Below are positions 19,538-30,269 of a stretch of DNA of 64,000 bases, piece after piece. The number at the start of each line of letters is the position of its first letter. The stretch's first letter is position 1. The DNA is taken from NCBI GenBank assembly GCA_965199335.1, contig CBDAQZ010000001.1:139051-203050 (forward strand), written 5' to 3'. The notes beneath the pieces are model-generated. The model was not told the DNA's origin, ran no database searches, and saw nothing but the letters and a program-made list of their open reading frames with translations. A program made the position numbers and the translations under genes. This stretch comes from Alphaproteobacteria bacterium. GTDB lineage: Bacteria; Pseudomonadota; Alphaproteobacteria; CALMVH01.

Positions 19538-20302
19538 TTAAAACGGCATCCGCACTTGAACATTCTGGAACAGCATCTGAGCCGGATAATCCGTCATGAT
19601 GCCGAAAACGCCGATCGCGAACAGGCTGCGGGCGCGTTTCACATCGTTGACCGGGGACGCGTAGACCGGTTTGCCGAGCGCTACCAGCTCAAGCAATTCG
19701 GTCGGATTGCGGGCGTTGCCGTGCAGTGTCGTCGGCTGCGCTTTTTCGACGATGTCCTTCCAGCCGGCGGGCAGATGGTTGAAGATCAGGCCGCGCGGCC
19801 ATGCGGGATGCTGGGCCAGGGACGTCGCGATACAATACTGGCAGGTGCTTGATACCAGGGGCAGCGAATGCTCGAACGGCCACATGCGGTAGATCGTGTC
19901 CAGCACCGCCGTGGTCAGCTCCTCGGCCTTTCCCGGTTGCGGCTTGAGTTCGGGCGCAATGCGCAGCCCCAGCGAGGACGCCAGGCGCAGGGCTGCCTCA
20001 AGCGTCGGGATCGGTTCGCCCGCGAATTGCGGCAGGAACCAAGACCCGGCGTCGAGCTGGCGCAGATGGTCGGCATCGAAATCCCAGACATTCCCGCTGC
20101 CGTTGGTGGTGCGGTCCAGCGTTTCGTCGGCCAACAGAACGGGAACGCCATCGCGCGACAGGCGCACGTCGAAATGCACAGCCAGCGTCCCGATCTCATG
20201 CGCCTCGCGGATCGAGGTCAGCGTGTTCTCGGGTGTCGTCCCGGCGCTGCCGCGATGACCGATGACCTTGGCCCATTCGGAAAAGGGCCTCATGGCGCCC
20301 AC
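19538..20302 (-). CDS. Glycerophosphodiester phosphodiesterase-family protein (UgpQ-like, altered active site)
   Basis: GHRG, PENTL, DV.LSRDG, LDRTTNG, LDAGSWF, IPTL, ELK and TDYP motifs. Confidence 0.85.
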   Translation of the reverse strand: MGAMRPFSEWAKVIGHRGSAGTTPENTLTSIREAHEIGTLAVHFDVRLSRDGVPVLLADETLDRTTNGSGNVWDFDADHLRQLDAGSWFLPQFAGEPIPTLEAALRLASSLGLRIAPELKPQPGKAEELTTAVLDTIYRMWPFEHSLPLVSSTCQYCIATSLAQHPAWPRGLIFNHLPAGWKDIVEKAQPTTLHGNARNPTELLELVALGKPVYASPVNDVKRARSLFAIGVFGIMTDYPAQMLFQNVQVRMPF

Positions 20303-20445
20303 ACACCGTTTTGCCGGGTGATAATATTCCGGTGCGCGGGAAGATCTAGCGGGACCGCAAGGTGAAGCATGGAAGGATTATAGTGCGGGGAAACGTATTG
20401 TATATGCGAAAGCTGTATTTACCAGTTCCAAGACAATCCTGACGC

Positions 20446-21960
20446 TCATTTCGCGGTCGCCGCCAAGGACTGGCAAGCCTCGGCACCGATCATCAAATTC
20501 GATCGAAAATCCCGGCATTTCAGAGGGACTTCCGCGATCACTTTTTTAAAGTCAATCCTGGTTTGCGAGGAAGCGACATAGAGCAATTGACCTCCGGGAT
20601 GCGCTTTTATCCAAGGCACCATCTCGTGCGGCTGAAGGGCGATGAAACTGCCCCGCACGGGAGCCAGGAAATTGGCAAGGGCCGTATATTGGCTCACAAG
20701 CATATTCGGCAAAACGGGGTCGTCGATAAAAAAGCCACAGGGCTGCGCTATCGTACAAGTCATGCTGGCCTGAGCATCCTGCCACCCCATGTCGCGCAGC
20801 CTGGTATCGATTATGCGCAAATGAACCAGATTCGCGCCCGCATAGGCAATCAACAGGATAATGGTCAGGCTCGAAAATTCGGAAGCCTTCCTGCGATCGA
20901 CCGATAGAAGCGCCTTGTCGGCATCGCCTGAAAGCATCGCCAATCCGACTATCAGCGCAGGCACAAGGAAATGTGCGTACCGATATACGAACATAGGTTT
21001 GAAATACGATGCACCGAACAGAAGAAACACAAACGAGAAGAATATGGCGGTAAGCAGAACGGCCTGCCGCTGCACCATGAAGGGATTGCTGCTAAAAAGC
21101 GCCACGGATGTGTTGATCAACACAATCAGCACAATCAAGGAAGAGGCGATGCTACCGAACAAAGTGGCTGGAAAATAATGCAGCAGTTCGTTCATATGAG
21201 GGTGCTTGATCCACACCAGAGCGGAACCGACCCTCATCGCATCTTCAATTTGTAGGGCATAATAAACGCACAGCACAAGCCCGGCAGCGATGAAACAGGC
21301 CCAGAATGTCGGCGAGCGCACTATAGGTTTGCGGCAGACAACGACGACGAGGAATAAAACCGCGAACAGGAACGATGCGTAGTAATGCAGAAGGCCGCCG
21401 ATCAGTGCGGAAGCCACCGCAGCAAACGGGGCGTTCTTTCGGTCCGAGATACTGAAGGCGATTACGCAGGAACCGGCTAGAAACAAAAGCGAATATGCCC
21501 GTGCCTCGAAGGCATACTGCCAGAATGAGAAAGTACCTAGGGTAAGCGCGGTTGCGACGAACACGTTGCCGCCGGACCGTCCCACTTGCCGGATAAGGAT
21601 ATAGGCTGCGGTTAACGATGCAACGACGCTTAGGCCTCGAACCAGCCACAGATGACATCCTGCCACTTTGAAGAGCGCGTGGGTGAGAAGATGATAAAGA
21701 ACCGGATGCACATCGTGCCGGATCAGTGCAAGCGTTGCGGCAAAACTGTCTGTGCAGGACACGGCCCCGGTAAAGGTTTCGTCCAGCCAGAAGCCAGTGC
21801 CGATATTGCGCCATATCGAAACCAGACTGACCGCCACTATGCAGGCAAGGAAAAGTATCAGCTGATACTTTCCGGTACTAAACTCGATACCTGCCAACCT
21901 GACGCTGGCCCGGGAAGATGCGAGGCATGATGGTTCGGTTGAGTTCAACTCGGATTGCAT
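20446..21960 (-). CDS. GT-C fold membrane glycosyltransferase (PMT/ArnT-like)
   Basis: FWLDE, DVHPVLY, R.LS, EARAYSL and HYY motifs with many TM segments; lower GC than neighbours. Confidence 0.8.
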   Translation of the reverse strand: MQSELNSTEPSCLASSRASVRLAGIEFSTGKYQLILFLACIVAVSLVSIWRNIGTGFWLDETFTGAVSCTDSFAATLALIRHDVHPVLYHLLTHALFKVAGCHLWLVRGLSVVASLTAAYILIRQVGRSGGNVFVATALTLGTFSFWQYAFEARAYSLLFLAGSCVIAFSISDRKNAPFAAVASALIGGLLHYYASFLFAVLFLVVVVCRKPIVRSPTFWACFIAAGLVLCVYYALQIEDAMRVGSALVWIKHPHMNELLHYFPATLFGSIASSLIVLIVLINTSVALFSSNPFMVQRQAVLLTAIFFSFVFLLFGASYFKPMFVYRYAHFLVPALIVGLAMLSGDADKALLSVDRRKASEFSSLTIILLIAYAGANLVHLRIIDTRLRDMGWQDAQASMTCTIAQPCGFFIDDPVLPNMLVSQYTALANFLAPVRGSFIALQPHEMVPWIKAHPGGQLLYVASSQTRIDFKKVIAEVPLKCRDFRSNLMIGAEACQSLAATAK

Positions 21961-22008
21961 GAAGCTACCTACGGAGCGCGGGTGGAAATGTAAACGGGGA
22001 AGCCCGTT

Positions 22009-22749
22009 TTACGACACCGGCCCGCCATTGCGCCGGGCGATGTCGATCCATTCCTTCTCGGCCTTGGCGTAGCGATAGGTGCCGCGATCGGCGCGCTTCA
22101 CTATTTCCTGGAATACGGCCTGCGCCTCGGCTTCGTGACCGGTGCGTTGCAGCAGCATGGCGTAGCGGCAACGGGTTTCCTCGCCGGGCGCATAGTCTGC
22201 CAGCGCGGCGAATTCCTCGAGCGCTTCATCGTTGCGGCCGAGGCCTTCCAGGCTGATGGCGTAAATCAAATGTGCGTCGTGGGATTGAAAATCGGGATGC
22301 GCCGAACGCAGCTTGTCCAGTGCTGCCAGCGCCTCGGCATGCAGGCCCAGCGCCGAGGTGGCGCGGGACAAGCCCATCAGCAACGCGATATCGTCCGCAT
22401 ATATACCGGTCATCGCCGCGCGATAGGTGGCGGCGGCTTCGTCGTAGCGGCCGAGCCGAATGTTTTCCTCCGCCAGGCGGATACGGTTCTGCACGGTGTC
22501 GGCGATTTCCAGATTGTTCGCGTGGCGCCGCAACTCACGTTCCGGGTTTATCTTCTTGACGGCCTTTGCCGTGACCTGGCGGCCATGATGGCTGCGCATG
22601 TATTCGGGCAGAACCTCGCTGACGATATAGATAACTGCCCCCAGCACCGGTACCATGACGATCAGATAGACCCACATGCGGTCGCGGCCGGTCTTCACCA
22701 CGTGAAAGAGGCACAGCGCATCAAGCAGGAGAGGCAACAGGGCGAACAT
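22009..22749 (-). CDS. Membrane-anchored TPR-repeat protein
   Basis: N-terminal hairpin (H.VKTGR..W..LI...P..GA..Y) followed by TPR-like helices. Confidence 0.85.
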   Translation of the reverse strand: MFALLPLLLDALCLFHVVKTGRDRMWVYLIVMVPVLGAVIYIVSEVLPEYMRSHHGRQVTAKAVKKINPERELRRHANNLEIADTVQNRIRLAEENIRLGRYDEAAATYRAAMTGIYADDIALLMGLSRATSALGLHAEALAALDKLRSAHPDFQSHDAHLIYAISLEGLGRNDEALEEFAALADYAPGEETRCRYAMLLQRTGHEAEAQAVFQEIVKRADRGTYRYAKAEKEWIDIARRNGGPVS

Positions 22750-22803
22750 GCCAAACCATAACGCGTGAAATATCGGTTGTGCAGGTTAATTCGTAGGGGT
22801 GTT

Positions 22804-23178
22804 TCAATATGAAGAGGGAAAAGCGCTAAGCCAGTCTATCTGGTCGATGGCTTCCCGTTCGGCCGTTTCCCGAGAGTCGTAGATCCCAACGCGTGGCCCG
22901 GGCAACGTCCACCCTTGTTCGGGCATGAAATTATCCCGGCGCGCTATGCAATCGAGCAGAAAATACAGTTTCGCATGCCGTTGGCGCCGGCTTTGCCTGC
23001 GAAAGGAATAGCAGCCGTCTGGCCGCCTGACGATGACCACACGCTCGCGCCCGTCGGGGCTCGTTGCCGTCGTCTCGATACTATCGCTCATCGAACGCCG
23101 TTCTAGCGGTGGTGCGGACATTGTTCCTGTATACGGCAGAACGCCGGCGTCTGGAATATCCGATGGATGCCGGTTCAA
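22804..23178 (-). CDS. Hypothetical protein (true start probably nearer 23091)
   Basis: ORF with SPDGRERVVI.RRPDG.Y and GIYDS..TAEREA...W segments; no assignable function. Confidence 0.5.
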   Translation of the reverse strand: MNRHPSDIPDAGVLPYTGTMSAPPLERRSMSDSIETTATSPDGRERVVIVRRPDGCYSFRRQSRRQRHAKLYFLLDCIARRDNFMPEQGWTLPGPRVGIYDSRETAEREAIDQIDWLSAFPSSY

Positions 23179-23182
23179 ACGA

Positions 23183-23206
23183 ACAGGGGCCCCGAAGGGC
23201 CCCTGT
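23183..23206 (-). terminator. Rho-independent terminator of pnp
   Basis: Minus strand ACAGGGGCCC-TTCG-GGGCCCCTGT then TCGTTT, about 20 nt after the pnp stop. Confidence 0.75.
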
Positions 23207-23226
23207 CGCTAGCTATACGAGGTGGA

Positions 23227-25344
23227 TCAACCAGCCTGCTGGCGCTGGATTTCCTCGCCGGTTTCCTGGTCGACGACTTTCATCGACAGCTTGATCTTGC
23301 CGCGGTCGTCGAATCCGATGACCTTGACCTTGACCTCGTCGCCCTGGTTGACGACATCCGTCACCCGCGCGACGCGCTGCGGCGACAGCTCGGAGATGTG
23401 GACGAGGCCGTCGCGGCTGCCCATGAAATTCACGAAGGCGCCGAAATCGACCACCTTCACGACCTTGCCGGTGTAGATCACGCCCATCTCCGGCTCGGAG
23501 ACGATGCCCTTGATCCAGTCGATCGCCTTCTGCGCCGATTCCGCCGAAACCGACGATACCTTGACGACGCCGTCGTCATCGATGTCGATCTTCGCGCCGG
23601 TGACTTCGCAGATCTCGCGGATCACCTTGCCGCCCGAACCGATCACTTCACGGATCTTGTCCTTGGGCACGTTCATGACCGTGATGCGCGGTGCGTTCTC
23701 GTTCACGCCCTGGCGGGAATGATCGAGCGCCTTCGACATCTCGCCCAGGATGTGCATGCGTCCGCCCTGCGCCTGTTCCAGAGCGATCTTCATGATCTCC
23801 GCCGTGATGGAGGTGATCTTGATGTCCATCTGCAGGCTGGTGACGCCACGCTCGGTGCCGGCAACCTTGAAGTCCATGTCGCCAAGGTGATCCTCGTCGC
23901 CCAGGATGTCGGACAGGACGGCGAAGCGCTCGCCTTCCTTGATCAGGCCCATGGCGATGCCGGCGATCGGACGCGACAGCGGAACGCCCGCGTCCATCAG
24001 CGCCAGCGACGTGCCGCAGACCGTGGCCATCGAGGACGAGCCATTGGATTCGGTGATCTCGGACACGACGCGCATCGTGTACGGGAAGGCTTCCTTGGCC
24101 GGGAGCAACGGACGGACCGCGCGCCATGCCAGCTTGCCGTGGCCGATTTCGCGGCGGCCCGGGCCGGACATGCGGCCGGCCTCTCCGACCGAGTACGGCG
24201 GGAAGTTGTAGTGCAGCATGAAGTGCTCGCGGTACTCGCCCGCCAGCGCGTCGATGATCTGCTCGTCCTGGCCGGTGCCCAGGGTCGTGACCACCAGGGC
24301 CTGGGTTTCGCCGCGGGTGAACAGGGCCGAACCGTGGGCGCGCGGCAGAATGCCGACCTCGCACACGATCTGGCGCACCGTCTTGGTGTCGCGGCCGTCG
24401 ATGCGCATGCCGGTGTCCAGGATATCTTTACGCACGATGTCCGCTTCCAGCTGCTTGAAGACGCCGCCGAACAGGATGGCGTCCTCGGCCTCGGTCGGGA
24501 AGGCTTCCTTGGCCTTGGCCTTGGCGGCGGTGATCTTCTCGGAGCGGTTCTGCTTGACGCGCTCGGCGAAGGCGGCGCGCAGGTCGTTGCCGATCAGGTC
24601 CTTCATGCGCTCCGACAGCGACTTCTTCTCGTCGCTGCGGGTGGTCAGGGCCCAGGGCTCGTTGGCGCACATCTCGGCCAGGCCGATGATCAGGTCGATG
24701 ACCGGGCGGAAATGTTCCTGCCCAAACGTCACGGCGCCCAGCATGATCTCCTCCGAAAGCTCCTTGGCTTCGGATTCAACCATCAGCACGCCTTCGATCG
24801 TACCGGCGACGATCAGGTCCAGCTCGCCTTCGGCCAGCTCGTAGGAGTCGGGGTTCAGTGAGTACTGGCCGTTCTTGTAACCGACGCGGGCCGCGCCGAT
24901 CGGGCCCATGAAGGGAATGCCGGAGATGGTCAGGGCGGCCGATGCGCCGATCAGGGCGACCACGTCGGGATCGTTCTCCAGATCGTGGCTGAGCACGGTG
25001 CAGATGACCTGGGTCTCGTTATAGAACCCTTCGGCGAACAGCGGGCGGATCGGGCGATCGATCAGGCGGGAGGTCAGCACTTCCTTCTCGGTCGGCTTGC
25101 CTTCGCGCTTGAAATAGCCACCGGGGATCTTGCCGGCGGCGAAGGTCTTTTCCTGGTAGTGGACGGTCAGCGGGAAGAAATCCACGCCGGGCTTGGCCTT
25201 CTTTTCACCGACGACGGTGCAAAGGACGGTGGTGCCGCCGTAAGTGGCGACGACGGCGCCGTCCGCCTGGCGCGCGATCTTGCCGGTCTCGAGGGTTAGC
25301 GTCCGGCCGCCCCATTCCATTTCCTTGCGGAATACCTTGAACAT
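23227..25344 (-). CDS. pnp: Polyribonucleotide nucleotidyltransferase
   Basis: [55 protein letters not shown] and S1 domains. Confidence 0.98.
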   Translation of the reverse strand: MFKVFRKEMEWGGRTLTLETGKIARQADGAVVATYGGTTVLCTVVGEKKAKPGVDFFPLTVHYQEKTFAAGKIPGGYFKREGKPTEKEVLTSRLIDRPIRPLFAEGFYNETQVICTVLSHDLENDPDVVALIGASAALTISGIPFMGPIGAARVGYKNGQYSLNPDSYELAEGELDLIVAGTIEGVLMVESEAKELSEEIMLGAVTFGQEHFRPVIDLIIGLAEMCANEPWALTTRSDEKKSLSERMKDLIGNDLRAAFAERVKQNRSEKITAAKAKAKEAFPTEAEDAILFGGVFKQLEADIVRKDILDTGMRIDGRDTKTVRQIVCEVGILPRAHGSALFTRGETQALVVTTLGTGQDEQIIDALAGEYREHFMLHYNFPPYSVGEAGRMSGPGRREIGHGKLAWRAVRPLLPAKEAFPYTMRVVSEITESNGSSSMATVCGTSLALMDAGVPLSRPIAGIAMGLIKEGERFAVLSDILGDEDHLGDMDFKVAGTERGVTSLQMDIKITSITAEIMKIALEQAQGGRMHILGEMSKALDHSRQGVNENAPRITVMNVPKDKIREVIGSGGKVIREICEVTGAKIDIDDDGVVKVSSVSAESAQKAIDWIKGIVSEPEMGVIYTGKVVKVVDFGAFVNFMGSRDGLVHISELSPQRVARVTDVVNQGDEVKVKVIGFDDRGKIKLSMKVVDQETGEEIQRQQAG

Positions 25345-25460
25345 TTTTCCTATCCTTCCATGTGCCTCGCCCGCGCCAATCGCGGGAGAGGGGCGGCGCA
25401 GGACAGAAAGGCCCCGCGCCATCGTATTTCTACCTGGGCGCGGGATTGCGCCCAAAGTTG

Positions 25461-25730
25461 TTAACGGCGCAGGCCCAGACGGCCGATCAGCTTTTCGTAG
25501 CGCTGATTGTCGGTCTTCTTGAGGTAATCGAGCAGGCTGCGGCGCATGCCGACCATCTTCAGCAGGCCACGGCGGCTGTGCACGTCGTGGGTGTGGATCT
25601 TGAGATGCTCGGTCAGGTTGGCGATGCGCTCTGACATGATCGCAACCTGTACTTCCGGCGAACCGGTATCGTTGGCCACACGGCCATATTCCTTCACAAG
25701 CGCAAGCTTGCGTTCATTCGTAATCGACAT
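25461..25730 (-). CDS. rpsO: 30S ribosomal protein S15
   Basis: [21 protein letters not shown] and LGLRR motifs. Confidence 0.98.
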   Translation of the reverse strand: MSITNERKLALVKEYGRVANDTGSPEVQVAIMSERIANLTEHLKIHTHDVHSRRGLLKMVGMRRSLLDYLKKTDNQRYEKLIGRLGLRR

Positions 25731-25746
25731 CGGATACTCCTTCGAA

Positions 25747-26679
25747 CTAGAGGTTGAGGACGCGTACCGGTCGGATTTCCGCGGCTGAGACTTCCACCAG
25801 CGCTATGGGCTTGCCACCGTATAGCGCCAGCGCCGTACCTTCATGCCCCGGTCCCAGAGGTGCCAGCCGTTCGGCGTCGCTACTGGAAATCCAGCAAAGG
25901 TACTGGCCCTGTCTCAGTTTTTGGGCTTCCGCATCGGTCAAGGCCAGTGCCGGGATGTCGTCCAGCGCGGTCTCAACCGGTGCCAAGTACTCGTCGAGGC
26001 GCGCACCATGCGTCACTTCCGCCAGCTTTTCCAGTGAAATCGCAGCCGCCAGCGAAAATTTGCCGACATTCAGCCGCGCCAGCTGGGTTATATGCCCCTC
26101 GGTACCCAGCGCGAGAGCAATATCGCGGGCGAGGGAGCGAATATAGCATCCCTTGCCGACATTGGCCTCGAACACCGCATGGTCGGCATCGGGCAGGCCG
26201 ACCAGCGTCAGGCTATGAACGATGATGTCGCGCGGCTGCAATTCGAAGCTTTCCCCGGCACGGGCGAGGTCGTAGGCGCGTTCGCCGCCAACCTTCAGCG
26301 CCGAATAGATCGGCGGCATCTGCCTGATGGCGCCGGTGAAACCGGGCAGGGCATCCACGATCTCGTCGCCGGTGGGGCGGCGATCCGACATGCGGATCGG
26401 CTGGCCCTCGCTGTCGTCGGTATCGGTGGCGCTGCCCCATTGCACGGTAAAGCCATAGGTCTTGGCATGGTCCATGGCGAAGGACACGGTCTTGGTCGCT
26501 TCGCCCAGCGCGATCGGCAGCACGCCGGTTGCCAACGGGTCCAGCGTCCCGGCATGGCCGACCTTCTGCGCCTTGGTCAGCCAGCGCACCTTTCCGACGA
26601 CCTGCGCCGAGGTCATGCCCTGCGGCTTGTCGATGATCAGCCAGCCGCTGATCGGCTGGCCCTTGCGGATGCGGTTCAT
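25747..26679 (-). CDS. truB: tRNA pseudouridine(55) synthase
   Basis: [30 protein letters not shown] and [10 protein letters not shown] motifs. Confidence 0.96.
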   Translation of the reverse strand: MNRIRKGQPISGWLIIDKPQGMTSAQVVGKVRWLTKAQKVGHAGTLDPLATGVLPIALGEATKTVSFAMDHAKTYGFTVQWGSATDTDDSEGQPIRMSDRRPTGDEIVDALPGFTGAIRQMPPIYSALKVGGERAYDLARAGESFELQPRDIIVHSLTLVGLPDADHAVFEANVGKGCYIRSLARDIALALGTEGHITQLARLNVGKFSLAAAISLEKLAEVTHGARLDEYLAPVETALDDIPALALTDAEAQKLRQGQYLCWISSSDAERLAPLGPGHEGTALALYGGKPIALVEVSAAEIRPVRVLNL

Positions 26680-26709
26680 CGATAGCACTCATTTACATTT
26701 ACAAAATTA

Positions 26710-26737
26710 TTGACAATGTATGTATTTCACATATAAA
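26710..26737 (+). promoter_or_regulatory. Sigma70-like promoter of the 26763 orphan gene
   Basis: TTGACA 26710-26715, 16-bp spacer, TATAAA 26732-26737; GGGAG SD before ATG 26763. Confidence 0.55.
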
Positions 26738-26762
26738 CTGTCACATAAATAGGGAGACTGGA

Positions 26763-27275
26763 ATGCCGGACAATGCCACGATCGGTCAACGTTTTTTGGA
26801 TAACAACGTTGCCGGCCAATCATCATCCATGACCCAACCGGAAGCCGCCATGGATTTTATGAATAGACTTGGAAATCTTAGTGGTGGTCGGGAGATTATA
26901 TTTCCGGCGCGGCAGACTTCGAATACCCTTGAGTTTCACATGCATAGTCTTACATCGGCCATGAATATGGAAGATAGGTTGAAAGACAACGGTATCGAAG
27001 TAACCCGTGAAGTTCGCGGTGTTGATACGCGTCGGGAACCGGGACATAAAATTGTCATTCTAAATACAGATCAGGTTACTCCAGAAAAAGCGACGGAAAT
27101 ACTGCAGCAGGTAAGAACCAAGAATGAGCAGCATGGTTTTGACTTCAGCGAAACCGATGGACCTAATGAGGTTAAGGCTCAAGCTGCGCCTATTATCGAG
27201 GTTGCTAATAATCCTGCTACGGCTCAGGCGGTTGTACCATCGTCACCCTCGCCGCGTTTAGGATCGGCAGCGTAG
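26763..27275 (+). CDS. Hypothetical low-GC orphan protein, antisense to the operon
   Basis: 170-aa ORF with SD and promoter; AT-rich codons. Confidence 0.7.
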   Translation: MPDNATIGQRFLDNNVAGQSSSMTQPEAAMDFMNRLGNLSGGREIIFPARQTSNTLEFHMHSLTSAMNMEDRLKDNGIEVTREVRGVDTRREPGHKIVILNTDQVTPEKATEILQQVRTKNEQHGFDFSETDGPNEVKAQAAPIIEVANNPATAQAVVPSSPSPRLGSAA

Positions 27276-27420
27276 GCTTAATCGAGAGATTAGGCCAGTT
27301 TAGATAAGTTTATTAACTCCTTCCTGGCAGTTGGGGTCAGATTCCGAAGTCTGCCGCCCACTTGCTATCAGGATAGGTAAACTGGTCCCCATGCCAACCC
27401 CCTCCCACTTGGATGGGGAG

Positions 27421-27804
27421 TCATTCATTCGTCATATGCACCTTCAGCAACGCGTCGATGTGCTGGGCGTAGTCCAGCGACGTGTCGGCGGCGAATTTCA
27501 GGGCCGGGGTGGCGCGCAGTTCGATTTCGCGCGCCAGTTCGCCACGCAGGAAAGGTGCGGCGCGGTTCAACGCCACGACCGTCTTGTCCATTGCGCTACG
27601 GTCACCGGCCAGCGGGATGATGTAGGCGGTGGCGTTCTTCAGGTCGGGGCTGATCCGCACTTCAGTCACACTGACGTTCAGGGCCTGCAAATCGGGATCC
27701 CGGAAATGGCTGCGGCGCAGGATATCGGCAAGGACATGCCGTATCTGCTCGCCGACGCGCAGCTGGCGCTGGGATTTCTCGCCCGCGTTGGTTTTAGGTT
27801 TCAT
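27421..27804 (-). CDS. rbfA: Ribosome-binding factor A
   Basis: SQRQLRVGE, VTEVRISPDLKNAT and LRATPALKF..D.S motifs. Confidence 0.96.
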   Translation of the reverse strand: MKPKTNAGEKSQRQLRVGEQIRHVLADILRRSHFRDPDLQALNVSVTEVRISPDLKNATAYIIPLAGDRSAMDKTVVALNRAAPFLRGELAREIELRATPALKFAADTSLDYAQHIDALLKVHMTNE

Positions 27805-27858
27805 GATGGGGATTGTTAAACAGGATTGTGGCGGAAATTACAAATGCCACGTCCCGTA

Positions 27859-28197
27859 TTACGCTGCCGCCACTCCCTCGAACCGTCTCACGATCACTTG
27901 TCGTACGAGAGCCTCGCGGGCGCGCTGCTTGCCTTCTTCCAGGTCGGGGCAAATGAAGCCGGTATGGCTGCCGTTGCCATTGGCATCAGGCACGACCCAA
28001 TATGTTGTTCTCCTGGAAACGCCCGGCATGCCGGCAATTTCGGAATTGGTGGACAAATAGGCGCTGCCGGCATCGGGCAGGTCCATGCGGTCATGAGTAT
28101 CGTTTTCGACAATGGCGCTGTTCAGCTGCTTGAATTCCTGCTGACCCACCGGCGTTGCAAGATATGCCTGAAATAACTGGAATTCATCGATCTGCAT
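27859..28197 (-). CDS. Hypothetical protein
   Basis: 112-aa ORF with AGGA SD, 13 bp after the upstream gene. Confidence 0.6.
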   Translation of the reverse strand: MQIDEFQLFQAYLATPVGQQEFKQLNSAIVENDTHDRMDLPDAGSAYLSTNSEIAGMPGVSRRTTYWVVPDANGNGSHTGFICPDLEEGKQRAREALVRQVIVRRFEGVAAA

Positions 28198-28209
28198 GTA
28201 ATCTTCCTG

Positions 28210-29280
28210 TCAGTGAGAATATTTGTGCTGGTCGCGATTTGTGTGCTGCCGAGGCGGCAGGCCCGTATCCACTTTCAGGCGGTCGATAGCGGGGAATGGC
28301 AGGCCAGTGGCGATACGCGCGATCTCCATGGTTCCGAAGGCCGGTTGGGTGCCCATCCTGCGCTCGTGGTCGGTTTCGCCGATGTAGAATTTCCCCTGGC
28401 GGAAATCGTTCACAAATCCAATGGCCGAATTTTCGCTACGGCCATTGCCGACCAGCGCATCCACCAGTTCCGCTGCCGTCTCGATATGCAGGCGTGCCAG
28501 CTTATCGAGCATGCGCGGCGCATGGTCCCGCAAGGCGGGACTGGCCGAAAGCCTTGCATGCGGTCGCTCGAGCACAACAGAACGTTCATCGCCTTCGTCT
28601 GCCGGCCTTGATAGCGAAGCTACGATTGCCTGCCCGGGCTTTACGTGGGCGAGCGCCGCGCCAAGATAGAACATCGGAGTGAAGCTCTGCGATGGCTTGT
28701 AGCTGGCTGCACCCCTTTCGCCGCGAAAGAATTTGCCCTCGATGAAGTCCGTGAAATCCAGATTGATGCTGAACGGCGGTACGCCGTGGCTAGGCCCAAC
28801 GCTGTGCATGGCGTCCCGCAAATCGCCGTAGGTAACGATGTCGCGGGCCTTCCAGCCGGCAATGAGCGCGGGCGTCTTTTGCACCAGGATGGTGTTGCGG
28901 TTGAGGCGAGCCTCCCTGTCGATAAGTTCGGGGCCGCCTTCCACCAGCGACAGGTCCTCGGGACGCATGCGCAGCTTACTGCTGGCGAGGGATTCGACAC
29001 TCCTCGTCGCGGTCTTGCTGAGGCCGAGAGGTTTTCCCGTTTCTTCCAGGGTAAGCTCGGTGTCGTCCTCCAGGCCATATCGCCGCGATATCACCTGGCT
29101 TCCCAACGGATCCAGCCTGCCGACGCGATCGCGCACGACTACCGAACGCTCGGCTATCAGCATGTTTTGGAGCGGATCCATGACCAGAGGAACACCCAGG
29201 GCCGCAAGACGCTTATGCGTTTTACTATCGAGCCTTATCAGAATGGGGTCGGGATTCGTATCCGGGTCGATCTGGCTCAT
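28210..29280 (-). CDS. Orphan protein with a sigma-70 region-4-like HTH
   Basis: LDP...QVISRRYGL....ELTLEE.G..LGLSK...R..E..A..KLR matches the sigma region 4 pattern; the remainder is unassigned. Confidence 0.7.
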   Translation of the reverse strand: MSQIDPDTNPDPILIRLDSKTHKRLAALGVPLVMDPLQNMLIAERSVVVRDRVGRLDPLGSQVISRRYGLEDDTELTLEETGKPLGLSKTATRSVESLASSKLRMRPEDLSLVEGGPELIDREARLNRNTILVQKTPALIAGWKARDIVTYGDLRDAMHSVGPSHGVPPFSINLDFTDFIEGKFFRGERGAASYKPSQSFTPMFYLGAALAHVKPGQAIVASLSRPADEGDERSVVLERPHARLSASPALRDHAPRMLDKLARLHIETAAELVDALVGNGRSENSAIGFVNDFRQGKFYIGETDHERRMGTQPAFGTMEIARIATGLPFPAIDRLKVDTGLPPRQHTNRDQHKYSH

Positions 29281-29348
29281 GGTTACTTCGCCTGTAGGTA
29301 CTCGAGTTATATAGCGTATTTACTATATCTTAATACTCATCGCAAGCT

Positions 29349-30245
29349 TTATGTCGCACATATTACCGCCATCAGCTTTCGCGTTGCCAGGGGCATCAGC
29401 GTCCAGCAAACCTCTGCCATGACGATGGTCATCACCGTTTTCGGCGCGAAGCCGACCAGAACAAGGGCCATGCTGAGGCCCGAATTATTGTAGGCCGAAC
29501 ATGTCAGGGCCGCGATGCGGTTGCCTGGACTGGCGCGGAACGGCAGCCAGCCAGCAGCAATGAACACGGCGTAACACAAGGCCGCAACCAGCAAGGGAAC
29601 GGGAAGCGTGGCCGGATCGCGCAGGATGTTGCTGCGCTGGCCGGCGATGATGACGAACACCATCAGCGCCAGCAGCAGCACGGTGATCGTCTTGCCCCAT
29701 TCGACTGAAAAACTGACGGCGGCCTTTACCCGGCGCAGCGGATAGGCAAGCAGGGCGGGCAGCAGCACGCATTGGGTCAGCGTTACCAGCAGCATGACCG
29801 GCGGCGGCGCTGCCCCTTCGATACCGGCGGCGGCAAAGCCCATCGGGATCAGCACGATCGCCGCGCCCGAGCTGAGAAGTGTAATGAACAGCGCGGCGGC
29901 GACATTGCCGCCGAACAGGCCGGTGAAAGCGGCCGAGGAGGTTCCGGCGGGCGTCAACGCCAATAGCAGGACTGCAGGTGAATAGGTCGGCGCAACCAGC
30001 AGCGTCAGTGCATACATGATCGCCGGCAGCATGGCGAAGCGCCCCAGCCAGAAACCAAGCAATCCCTTTATGTTCAACTGCCTGAAATCACCGCCCTGCA
30101 ACTTGAGGCAGGACAGCAATATGATAAAACCCAGGATCAGGGTAACGGCCAGCGGCGGAATCAGGTTGCCGCCCGGAATGCAAAGCCCGATTACGCCGCC
30201 CATGACCAATAGTAGCCCGAGACGGGTCTCGATGAAGGCTTTCAA
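29349..30245 (-). CDS. Bile acid:sodium symporter (BASS)-family membrane protein
   Basis: Multiple TM helices; PAGTSS...T.LFGGNVA and NSGL motifs. Confidence 0.75.
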   Translation of the reverse strand: MKAFIETRLGLLLVMGGVIGLCIPGGNLIPPLAVTLILGFIILLSCLKLQGGDFRQLNIKGLLGFWLGRFAMLPAIMYALTLLVAPTYSPAVLLLALTPAGTSSAAFTGLFGGNVAAALFITLLSSGAAIVLIPMGFAAAGIEGAAPPPVMLLVTLTQCVLLPALLAYPLRRVKAAVSFSVEWGKTITVLLLALMVFVIIAGQRSNILRDPATLPVPLLVAALCYAVFIAAGWLPFRASPGNRIAALTCSAYNNSGLSMALVLVGFAPKTVMTIVMAEVCWTLMPLATRKLMAVICAT

Positions 30246-30269
30246 TGGTTATGTACTTTGAAGGCCATT

